DNA of 64,000 nucleotides from an uncultured bacterium (GTDB taxonomy: Bacteria > Patescibacteriota > Minisyncoccia > UBA6257 > 2-01-FULL-56-20): assembly GCA_963707865.1 (NCBI GenBank), contig OY970175.1, positions 630,028 to 694,027 of the forward strand, written 5' to 3'. Numbering within the stretch: position 1 is the first letter of the stretch; the number at the start of each line of letters is the position of its first letter. Below the pieces are notes generated by a model. It worked only from the letters and a program-made list of their open reading frames with translations. It was not told where the DNA came from and did not search any database. The position numbers and the translations under genes were made by a program. Below, piece after piece: positions 55,714 through 64,000 of the stretch.

Positions 55714-56592
55714 CTATCCTTTGATCGCCGCATTAATGGCTGCGAGGATCGCGCTTCCGTTCGCGCCGACGCTCTGACCAAGCGCATCCGTCACTTCTTT
55801 CCCGTTCACGAACGTCATGGGCGTTGAATTGACTCCGGCGTTCATGGCAGCGGCGTAATCCGCAGTGACCGTCGCAGTATATTTCCCGCTGTCAATACAA
55901 TTTGCAAAAGCGACGGCATTCATGCCAAGCTGGCCCGCGATCTTCAAGAACAGCGCACGGTTGAAAAATCCATTATCCTCTCCGCCACCCTTTGCCTCGT
56001 CAGCTGCCTTCGCGGCATAGAGCGCATCGTGATACGGCCAGAATTGGTTCTCATCTTTGGCGCACTCCGCCGCTGCCCCGGCCGCGTGCGACTCCCCCAC
56101 ACTGGACGAGGTGATTTCCGCACTGTCAAGGAATGGGAAATCCCTGAATACGAGCTTTGCCTTTCCCGCATTCACATAGTTCTGAATGATGAGCGGCTGA
56201 ACCTGTTCGTAGAACCGCGTGCAAAAGGGGCACTGGTAATCGCCGTATTCAACGACCGTCACGGGCGCGCTCGCATTGCCCAAGATCACGTCTCGGGGCC
56301 CGAGGGCGAGCGCCGCGGCTGCAGCGGCAGAAGGAGCTTGAGCTGTCCCGCCGTTCGCGGTTGGGGCACCGGCGTTTCCCGCGCCGACGCCCGGCGTGCT
56401 CGCGCTCGGCCGGTACAAGGTTGCAAAAAGAACCGACCCGCCGATAAGCACTGCCGCGATGATGATGCTTATGGGGAGAAGACGATCTTTACGTCCCCGC
56501 GGAAGCTTTTCTTCAACGGATATTTCATACCCGTCGCCCCGCTTCGCTTTCTCAATAGTTTCTTTGAATGAGATTTTTTCTTCGTCTTCCAT
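55714..56592 (-). CDS. Membrane-anchored DsbA-like thiol:disulfide oxidoreductase.
   Basis: Transmembrane anchor, Ala/Gly-rich linker, and a CPFC active site in a DsbA/thioredoxin fold. Confidence 0.75.
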   Translation of the reverse strand: MEDEEKISFKETIEKAKRGDGYEISVEEKLPRGRKDRLLPISIIIAAVLIGGSVLFATLYRPSASTPGVGAGNAGAPTANGGTAQAPSAAAAAALALGPRDVILGNASAPVTVVEYGDYQCPFCTRFYEQVQPLIIQNYVNAGKAKLVFRDFPFLDSAEITSSSVGESHAAGAAAECAKDENQFWPYHDALYAAKAADEAKGGGEDNGFFNRALFLKIAGQLGMNAVAFANCIDSGKYTATVTADYAAAMNAGVNSTPMTFVNGKEVTDALGQSVGANGSAILAAINAAIKG

Positions 56593-56604
56593 AACAAAAG
56601 TATA

Positions 56605-57300
56605 TCAGCCCCCCTCTTTCTGCGTCAACAAGGAATGGCCGCGAGCCCTGTGGGCAAGTAGCGCGTAATCATTCGGGAAAAACTTCGCAGTGATCGCGAA
56701 CACGCCGTACATGATGAAAGGCGCCGCAAACACATCAATGGAATAATGCACGTGTGAGAAAAGCACAGCGGCGCCGAAGACGACAGTGGCGGCGATGAAA
56801 AAGCGGCGCCAGAACTTTTCATTCCAAAAAATGAGGGCCATAAGATACGGAAACGCGGTGTGGCCCGAGAAGAAAAGATTCCCCTGGAACGTGAGGAGGT
56901 GATAGAATCCGAAGCCGGCGTTTGCAGGACTCGGCACGACGCCGCCGGGATAAATCCCTTCGCGGGTCAGAATCATGAAGAACGCGCGGAAGATGACGAA
57001 CAGCGCGATTGCTTTTGTCCCAAACAACAAGTAGTGCGGGCGGGTAATAAGAAAAAAACAGGAAAAAATCCAAAAAAGAATGGTGACGCCCACGATGACG
57101 AATCCAAGATTGACAATGGGAAGGTTGTCCAGGAAAAGATCGCTTTCGGGAGGCGCCAAAAGCGCGTGGCGCGCGGAATAGTGCCCGGCGCTTACCTGGA
57201 CGAAAATCGCGATCGCCACGAGGAAAAGTCCGAGGTACAGCGACCGCTTGCGCGCCACGGTCCAGAAACCGCCCCTATGTTCACGGAAAATATCGGGCAC
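56605..57300 (-). CDS. PAP2-superfamily membrane protein.
   Basis: PAP2 motifs (FFSGHTA and SHVHYSIDV) in a polytopic protein. Confidence 0.55.
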   Translation of the reverse strand: MPDIFREHRGGFWTVARKRSLYLGLFLVAIAIFVQVSAGHYSARHALLAPPESDLFLDNLPIVNLGFVIVGVTILFWIFSCFFLITRPHYLLFGTKAIALFVIFRAFFMILTREGIYPGGVVPSPANAGFGFYHLLTFQGNLFFSGHTAFPYLMALIFWNEKFWRRFFIAATVVFGAAVLFSHVHYSIDVFAAPFIMYGVFAITAKFFPNDYALLAHRARGHSLLTQKEGG

Positions 57301-57356
57301 GAAAATAGTATACCATCGGGGAGAAAGCGGATGGAGTATAATAAATCGGTTATCTC

Positions 57357-57953
57357 ATGCCATTCGCATCCCCTATCGTTTCGTGGCTCTTGGCATACCG
57401 CTATCCCATCCTCTATCCGCTCGCGATCGTGGAAGGGCCAGTGGTCATGATGATCTCAGGCTTTCTCGTCCGCCTCAATTTTTTTTCGTTCTGGCCCGTA
57501 TATTTCCTGCTTATCGCCGGCGATCTTACGGGCGACATACTCTGGTACCTGCTCGGCCGTCACGGCGCGCGGTCCTTCATAGAAAAATACGGAAAATTTT
57601 TCAGCATCACAGAGGAGAACGTGGAAAAGGCAGAGCGATTTTTTAACAAGCACCAAGGGAAAATCCTCTTCATTTCAAAGATCACCATGGGATTCGGATT
57701 CGCGGTTGCGACGCTCATCGCCGCCGGCGCCGCCAAGGTGCCGTTCAAGAAATACCTGACCATCAATTTCCTCGGACAGTTCGTCTGGACGGGGGTGCTG
57801 ATGGCGGTGGGATATTTCCTCGGTAACTTGTATATCATGGTTGATAAAAGCTTGCGCTGGGCGTTCGTCATCGCCTTGCTCGTGATCGCAGCCTTCGCGG
57901 CGTACGGCTTCGGGAAGTTCATGCGGAACCGGGTACGCGGAGAGACAATATAA
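57357..57953 (+). CDS. DedA/SNARE-associated family membrane protein.
   Basis: DedA signature (…LLIAGDLTGDILWYLLGRHG…). Confidence 0.7.
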   Translation: MPFASPIVSWLLAYRYPILYPLAIVEGPVVMMISGFLVRLNFFSFWPVYFLLIAGDLTGDILWYLLGRHGARSFIEKYGKFFSITEENVEKAERFFNKHQGKILFISKITMGFGFAVATLIAAGAAKVPFKKYLTINFLGQFVWTGVLMAVGYFLGNLYIMVDKSLRWAFVIALLVIAAFAAYGFGKFMRNRVRGETI

Positions 57954-57966
57954 CACATCCTTACCC

Positions 57967-59562
57967 ATGAAAATCTCCGTCATCATACCCACGCTCAACG
58001 AAGAAGAGGCGATCGAAAAAACGCTGCGCCAGATCCACGACAACCTCACGGCGTTTGCCCACGAACTCATCGTGACCGACAGCGGCAGCACCGACCGCAC
58101 GGTTGCGATCGCAAAACGATATGCGCGGGTGGTCGTGGACGCGAGCCCGAGCCACACGATCGCGAGCAACCGGAACAACGGCGCGCGTATCGCGCACGGC
58201 GAATTCCTCGTATTCATTGACGCCGACGTCATCATCCCCGATCCGAATGCGTTCTTTAAAACTGCACTTCAAGATTTCGCGGCCGACAAGAACCTCATGG
58301 CAATCACCGCGCGGCTTATGGTGTTTCCGGAATCTGCGACGCGCATGGACAACATCGTCTTCGGCCTGGTAAGCGTTGACCACTGGCTCAACAACAACGT
58401 GATCCGCATGGGAAGCGCGTCCGGAGAGTTTCAGATGATACGGCGGAGCGCGTTTGACGCAGTCCACGGTTTCCAACCACAGCTCGCCGTCGCGGAAGAC
58501 AACGACATGTTCCGCCGTCTCGCGAAGATCGGGCGGACCAAAATGGAATGGCGACTCACGGTATACCACACCGGCCGGCGCCCTCACGAGATAGGATGGC
58601 CGCGGGTGCTCTGGGACTGGGGAATCAACTATCTCTACGTGCGCCTCCTGAACCGCTCTTACAACAAAGTATGGCGGCCGGTCCGCCTCATGAAGCTAAG
58701 CTTCGTCATCCCCGCCTACAACGAAGCGCATTATCTCCCCGACTGCCTCAACGCCATTTTGAAGCAAAAAGAGAAGCTCCCGTACGATATTGAGATTATC
58801 GTGGTGAATAACGCCTCCACCGACCGGACGCGGAAAATCGCCGAATCGTACGCGAGCAGGGGAATCGTCGTGGTCAACGAACCGGAGAAAGGTCTTGTCC
58901 GCGCGCGGCGTGCCGGCTTCCGCGCCGCAACCGGCGATCTCATCGCAAACGTTGACGCGGACACGCGTCTCACCGACGGTTGGATAAAGAAAGTCATGGA
59001 AGCGTTCGCAAAGGACGAAAAGCTTGTCGCGTTCTCGGGCCCGTTCATCTATTACGATGTGCCGCGGAAGGTCAGAGCGTTCACGAAATTGTTCTACTAT
59101 CTCGGGTACTTTTTCTATCTCATCAACCGATTCATCCTCCGCGCGGGCTCCATGCTCCAGGGCGGAAACTTCGTCGTCCGCCGGAGCGCGTTGGAAAAAG
59201 CTGGCGGCTACAACACCGACATCGATTTTTATGGCGAGGACACGGACGTGGCGCGGCGATTGAGCAAGGTGGGAAAAGTGCGCTTCGCGTTCGGTTTGCC
59301 GATGTATTCTTCCGGCAGGCGGCTTGCCAAAGAAGGAGGGCTTACGATGGCCTTGCGCTACGGACTCAATTATTTTTGGATGATCTTCTTTAAGCGCCCG
59401 TTCAGCAAGGTATCGGTGGACGTCCGCCTCACGAACAAAAATACGGCCTTCTACCGGCCGGAAAACCGCAAAAAGGAACTTTTGATTGCCGCGACCACAA
59501 TCGTCATCTTCCTTGCAATCCTCTGCTCCGTGCTCTACCTCGTCTACCGCTTCGCGCGCTAG
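57967..59562 (+). CDS. Tandem two-domain family-2 glycosyltransferase with a C-terminal transmembrane segment.
   Basis: Two GT2 modules (MKISVIIPTLNEE…DAD… and MKLSFVIPAYNEA…DAD…). Confidence 0.75.
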   Translation: MKISVIIPTLNEEEAIEKTLRQIHDNLTAFAHELIVTDSGSTDRTVAIAKRYARVVVDASPSHTIASNRNNGARIAHGEFLVFIDADVIIPDPNAFFKTALQDFAADKNLMAITARLMVFPESATRMDNIVFGLVSVDHWLNNNVIRMGSASGEFQMIRRSAFDAVHGFQPQLAVAEDNDMFRRLAKIGRTKMEWRLTVYHTGRRPHEIGWPRVLWDWGINYLYVRLLNRSYNKVWRPVRLMKLSFVIPAYNEAHYLPDCLNAILKQKEKLPYDIEIIVVNNASTDRTRKIAESYASRGIVVVNEPEKGLVRARRAGFRAATGDLIANVDADTRLTDGWIKKVMEAFAKDEKLVAFSGPFIYYDVPRKVRAFTKLFYYLGYFFYLINRFILRAGSMLQGGNFVVRRSALEKAGGYNTDIDFYGEDTDVARRLSKVGKVRFAFGLPMYSSGRRLAKEGGLTMALRYGLNYFWMIFFKRPFSKVSVDVRLTNKNTAFYRPENRKKELLIAATTIVIFLAILCSVLYLVYRFAR

Positions 59563-59664
59563 AACCATTCGCCCCGCCTATAGGCAATCTTCAGGCAATC
59601 TTCTACGCGAGAGGCGGTCTCGCGCCTATTTGTGAGACGGGTTTTAGTGTGCTAAAAGATAAGC

Positions 59665-61017
59665 ATGGCGTTACGGCGGAAAGTGGCAGTTTTCCTCTTG
59701 TTTCTCGGAGATATCCTCGCGCTCTACGTGGCGCTTTTCCTCACGCTTGCCGCGCGCTACGGAACGGGACTCTACAAAGAATTCGCGGATGTGCAGTTCG
59801 CTCCCTTCACGATCATCTTCATCCTATGGCTTTTGGTTTTTTACATCGCCGGCCTTTACGACCTGCGCCGCCTCCGCAACAACCTTGATTTCTTAAAAAC
59901 GCTTGCACTTTCGCTTGTCACCAATGCCGTGATCGCCGTCCTGTTTTTCTACCTCATACCCGCATTCGGCATTGCGCCGAAGACAAATCTGTTCATCTTC
60001 CTCGTTGTCTTCGCCGTCATAGAAATCTATTGGCGCCGTTTTTTTAACCGGATCACGGAATCCGGCGAAGCGCCGAACAGGGTCGTTCTTGTCGGCACCG
60101 GCCCTTCTGCAAAAGAAATTGCCGCAACTATCAAAGAAAACCCACAGCTCGGTTATGTGATAACGGCGGAACTCACCGGAGAGGAAGCGTCGCACACCCC
60201 GGGCGTGATTGAGCGCGCCACGCGGGCGCAGGGCGCGAACCTCGTGGCCGTTCCGCGCGAATTGAAACGCAAGGAGCCGCTTGCCATTGTTCTTTATCGG
60301 CTTTTCGGACGGGGAATCTCCGTGATAGATTTGGACAGTTTTTATGAGGTCGTCATGCGCAAGGTCCCCCTGGCTGACATTGAAGAAACCTGGTTCCTTG
60401 AAAATATAGAGAATACGGCTCGCTTCTACGACCCTTTCAAGCGGGCGGCGGAATTTTTCGTAGCCGCGATCATCGGCGTCGTCCTTCTTCCGTTTGAAAT
60501 TCTGATCGCGCTTTTGATAACCATCACATCCCGTGGCCCGATATTCATCCGCCAAGAACGGGTAGGGAAATCGGGCGCACCGTTCACTCTCTATAAATTC
60601 CGGAGCATGGTAGCGCTTGCTCCCGACGGCCAAGCTGAAACGCAGGGAGCGCAATGGACGGCGCAGAATGACCGCCGCGTAACGCCCTTCGGAAAATTCA
60701 TCCGCGCGACCCACCTGGACGAACTCCCACAGCTCTGGAACATCATAAAAGGGGACGTGTCGTTCGTCGGCCCGCGGGCAGAACGGCCGGAATTCGTAAC
60801 GAAGCTCGCCGCGCAGATACCGTTCTATGAAGTCCGCCTCCTCGTGCGGCCCGGCGTAACCGGCTGGGCACAGATTAATTACCGCGCCGACCTTACCCCG
60901 GAAGACGTAAAACAAAAATTGCAGTATGATATATATTATCTGAAAAACCGCTCTCCCGTGCTTGACCTTGCCATCATTCTAAAAACATTGAAATCAATCT
61001 TCGTAAATCCGAAATGA
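59665..61017 (+). CDS. Undecaprenyl-phosphate sugar phosphotransferase (WbaP/EpsL-like bacterial sugar transferase).
   Basis: N-terminal transmembrane helices and a C-terminal Bac_transf domain (YKFRSM…DELPQLWNIIKGDVSFVGPR). Confidence 0.8.
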   Translation: MALRRKVAVFLLFLGDILALYVALFLTLAARYGTGLYKEFADVQFAPFTIIFILWLLVFYIAGLYDLRRLRNNLDFLKTLALSLVTNAVIAVLFFYLIPAFGIAPKTNLFIFLVVFAVIEIYWRRFFNRITESGEAPNRVVLVGTGPSAKEIAATIKENPQLGYVITAELTGEEASHTPGVIERATRAQGANLVAVPRELKRKEPLAIVLYRLFGRGISVIDLDSFYEVVMRKVPLADIEETWFLENIENTARFYDPFKRAAEFFVAAIIGVVLLPFEILIALLITITSRGPIFIRQERVGKSGAPFTLYKFRSMVALAPDGQAETQGAQWTAQNDRRVTPFGKFIRATHLDELPQLWNIIKGDVSFVGPRAERPEFVTKLAAQIPFYEVRLLVRPGVTGWAQINYRADLTPEDVKQKLQYDIYYLKNRSPVLDLAIILKTLKSIFVNPK

Positions 61018-61021
61018 TTCC

Positions 61022-61939
61022 ATGAAAATTGTAGTCACCGGCGGCGCAGGGTTCATCGGCTCGCACGTCGCGGACGCCTATGTGAAGGCAGGGCACCGCG
61101 TGCTCGTCATTGACAATCTTTCCGCAGGATCGCGAAGCAACGTGCCGCCAAAGGCGAAATTTTACAACGCCGACATCCGCGACGAGGGCGCCATGAACCG
61201 GATTTTCCTCAAAGAACGCCCCGAGGCTGTAAATCACCACGCCGCTCTCATCAGCGTGACGGAATCGGTCAAAAAGCCGGAAGAGACCTTCGCGACCAAT
61301 GTTACGGGGACGCTGAACGTCCTGCTTGCCTTCGCGCGGCACGGGCGCGGGAAAAGGAAATTCCTGTTTTCCTCCACGGGCGGTGCGATCTATGGCAATC
61401 CGAAGAAGCTGCCCGCCGACGAGTCCACGCCGCCGCACCCACTCTCCCCCTACGCCCTTTCAAAGTACATAGACGAACAGACGATCGCGTACTATTGCGA
61501 CGCGTACCGCATTCCCTATCTCATCTTCCGCTACGCGAACGTCTACGGCCCGCGCCAGCGCGCACAGGGCGGGGCGGGCGTTTTCCCGACCTTCATCTGT
61601 AAGATGCGGCGTGGCGCAGTCCCCGTGATTTTCGGCGACGGGAAGAAAACCCGCGACTATGTGTACGTGGGAGATGTCGCACGGGCCAACCTTCTCGGTT
61701 TGCGGCGCGGCGCGGGAGAGATCATAAACATCGCGTCAAGCCGCGAAACATCCGACTATGACATTTTTAAATCGCTCGCACGGGCAATCGGCTTTAGGAA
61801 ACAACCGCGCTATACCCCGCAGCGAAAAGGCGAAGTGAAGCGGATCGCCATGAGTTTTGCGAAGGCGAAGCGGTTGCTCGGCTGGACGCCGAAAACCCCG
61901 CTCAAAGACGGCATTCAAGAAACTGTCCGCGCGTTTTAG
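61022..61939 (+). CDS. NAD-dependent nucleotide-sugar epimerase/dehydratase (GalE-like).
   Basis: GGAGFIGSH Rossmann motif and a YxxxK catalytic dyad. Confidence 0.8.
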   Translation: MKIVVTGGAGFIGSHVADAYVKAGHRVLVIDNLSAGSRSNVPPKAKFYNADIRDEGAMNRIFLKERPEAVNHHAALISVTESVKKPEETFATNVTGTLNVLLAFARHGRGKRKFLFSSTGGAIYGNPKKLPADESTPPHPLSPYALSKYIDEQTIAYYCDAYRIPYLIFRYANVYGPRQRAQGGAGVFPTFICKMRRGAVPVIFGDGKKTRDYVYVGDVARANLLGLRRGAGEIINIASSRETSDYDIFKSLARAIGFRKQPRYTPQRKGEVKRIAMSFAKAKRLLGWTPKTPLKDGIQETVRAF

Positions 61940-62009
61940 CGCCGGCGCCCTGCCACGCGCACGGCGTGGCGGACAGGACGCCGATGCGCCCGCGTACCGC
62001 TCACGCGCT

Positions 62010-62528
62010 TCACGTATTTCTCCAGAAGCCGCGAATTGAACCATATTTCCCCGCCTTCTTCAGTCCGGCCCCCCGGCCAGCCACCTTTTTTACATACTCG
62101 TCCAAAAGCCCAGAGCTTGACTGCACCTTCCCACCGTGCCCAACATTGAAGACCATTTTACAACCAATTTCCCTGCATACCGGCACCTCCGGAATGTTTC
62201 CGAGCTTTCGGTTGCCTCCATTCGCGAAGATATCCGGCTTCAACTCAAAGAGCTCGCGGCACACACTTATATCTTTCGGGTTTTTCTTGTGTTTCGTAAG
62301 CACCACGCGGTCCACCGGCCGAAGCGCTTCAATAATCTCTTTTCGTTCGTGCTCCGGCATGAACACATGATGCTTCTTTTTTCGCAGCCAGTTGTCATTA
62401 TTCAAAATCACCACAAGCTCGTTGCCCAGCGCCTTCGCGCGTTCGAACAACCGCACGTGGCCGATATGAATCGGATCAAAACCTCCGCTCACGGCGACTA
62501 CGATTTTTTTTCTCTTGCGCGCCTTCAT
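62010..62528 (-). CDS. Cytidylyl/adenylyltransferase-like nucleotidyltransferase (RfaE domain II / TagD-like).
   Basis: HxGH motif (GGFDPIHIGHV). Confidence 0.6.
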   Translation of the reverse strand: MKARKRKKIVVAVSGGFDPIHIGHVRLFERAKALGNELVVILNNDNWLRKKKHHVFMPEHERKEIIEALRPVDRVVLTKHKKNPKDISVCRELFELKPDIFANGGNRKLGNIPEVPVCREIGCKMVFNVGHGGKVQSSSGLLDEYVKKVAGRGAGLKKAGKYGSIRGFWRNT

Positions 62529-62723
62529 GTTTGAATTATCATATCACGAAACGGCGGTGGTATCACAATGCCCGCACTGCGGGAAACGCCGCCGGAAACA
62601 AAGTCACCTCATGAGCGCTACTGTGTAAGGGATCCGCTTTTATAGCAGTTTCTGATGCCGTTCTCAATATCAAACCATTATACAATTGGCTTACGCCCTT
62701 AACTAGATTACCATTAACGTAAT

Positions 62724-64000
62724 GTGGCAACGTGTCAAGTCATTTCTTTTTGAGAACCGGAACGTAAAACAGACGGTGGCCAAAAACACCACCTGGCTCT
62801 TCATCTCAAACGCCGGCGGCCGACTTATCAAAGCCGTCATTGTAATCTACGGCGCGCGCGTCCTCGGCGCCGCGGGCTACGGCGTCTTTTCGTACGCAGT
62901 AACGCTCGCCGGGTTCTTCACGCTCTTCGTGGACCCCGGCATCAACGCCGTGCTCATCCGCGATGGAGCGAAAGCGTCCGTCAAAGAACGCTGGTCCTTG
63001 TTCTCAACCACACTTGTCATGAAAGCGGTCGCCATGATTGTGAGCATCGTTATTGTTATAGGAATAGCCCCTTTCTTCTCCACGCTCCCCGGCGCCAAAG
63101 CACTCCTGCCACTGGTCGCCCTGATCATCATCTTTGACGGCACGCGGGAATTCCTGGCCTCCCTTTTCCGAGCCGAGGAGAAAATGCAATGGGACGCCGC
63201 CGCATTTCTTCTTGCCAATCTGGGCATTGCCATCTTCGGATTCATTTTTCTCCATATTGCGACAACCCCGAAATCATTTACGGCCAGTTATGTTGCGGGC
63301 ACCGCGGTGGGCGCGCTCGCGGCAGCTTGGTTCCTGCGGCACAATTTCAAGAAGATAATCGCGAAGGTATCGTTCGGGCGGATGGCGGGCATTATAAAAA
63401 TCGCGTGGCCCTTTGCCGTCACGGGCGCCTTGGCGATCCTGCTCACCAACACCGACATCCTCATCATCAGCTGGATGAGAACGGCCGCCGACGTTGGCGT
63501 CTACGCGGCGGCTATCCGAATCGTGCAGGTACTTTACTTCATTCCTGCCATCGTCCAGCTGTCCACCCTGCCTGCCTTCGCGCGTCTCGCAAAACACGAT
63601 AACGAAAAATTCAGGACGGCGCTGGAGCACACCCTAACGCTCATTTTCCTCGTTTCCATACCAATTTCCCTCGGGGGCGCCGTGCTCGGAACGCAGGTAA
63701 TGGGCTTTGTCTTCGGCCCGGCCTACGTCGCAGGCGGCGTTGCGTTATCCATCCTGATGCTCGGCCTCCTCTTTGACTACGCTACCGCCATTGTTTCAAA
63801 CGCCGTCTTCGCATACAACCACCAGCGGAGCTTAATCATCTGCGCCGCCATCGGCGGTTTCGGGAACGTGCTGTTTGACCTTCTCCTTATTCCGCGCTGG
63901 GGCATAGCGGGATCGGCGGTCGCCACGCTCTGCGCGCAGATTCTAAGCAACTCCTACCTTTGGCACATTATGAACAAGCTGAACCAGTTCCACGTCCTCC
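62724..64000 (+). CDS. Polysaccharide biosynthesis flippase (Wzx / MOP superfamily). The 3' end runs off the window.
   Basis: Long polytopic ORF starting MWQRVKSF with no stop before the window end. It is absent from the ORF track because it is partial. Confidence 0.6.

Overview
This 64-kb window looks like a moderately GC-rich bacterial genome with a reduced, CPR/Patescibacteria-like gene set. Supporting features are a short IF-2, a roughly 570-aa Rel protein, an archaeal-type UMP kinase and a compact secE-nusG-rpsR block. Housekeeping genes include dprA, topA, rel, parAB, rbfA-infB, serA-serC, pyrD, gyrB, a tldD/pmbA pair, folKP, pyrH, htpX, groES/EL, trxB, and a cell-envelope glycosylation cluster that ends in a partial Wzx flippase. 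Six tRNAs are present: Val-GAC, Leu-CAA, Leu-TAA, Cys-GCA, Ser-GCT and Ser-GGA.

Two accessory islands stand out. Each has a large serine recombinase whose 3' end abuts the 3' end of a minus-strand tRNA.

Island 1 (1..6605, ending at tRNA-Val) carries a clear diversity-generating retroelement (DGR) signature. Two tandem 361-aa paralogs have C-terminal variable repeats (VR1, VR2). They differ from an orphan, Asn-codon-rich template repeat at 94..212 at positions that, where checked, are all template adenines. VR1 carries a 1-nt frameshift. The reverse transcriptase is not in the window and is presumably just upstream of position 1. An AAA+ ATPase sits next to the targets.

Island 2 (about 15892..22844, ending at tRNA-Leu-TAA/tRNA-Cys) is lower in GC. 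It contains a 2.95-kb cassette bracketed by perfect 418-bp inverted repeats. The cassette encodes a membrane-anchored Mrr-like restriction-endonuclease-domain protein and a membrane-anchored TPR protein. Immediately after it comes a second 158-bp inverted-repeat pair. That pair brackets an operon (XRE regulator, hypothetical protein, P-loop kinase-like protein) and the serine recombinase. One arm of the pair ends exactly at the tRNA-Leu 3' end, and the recombinase ORF reads through it.

Other notable items are an FMN-binding protein, ApbE, and an RnfD/NqrB-like::FNR fusion (a mini NQR/RNF-like flavinylation module); an N-terminally truncated IS30 transposase; a hicAB pair between groES and trxB; an MliC-domain protein; and an AT-rich non-coding stretch after tRNA-Ser-GCT. 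No CRISPR array or rRNA was seen.
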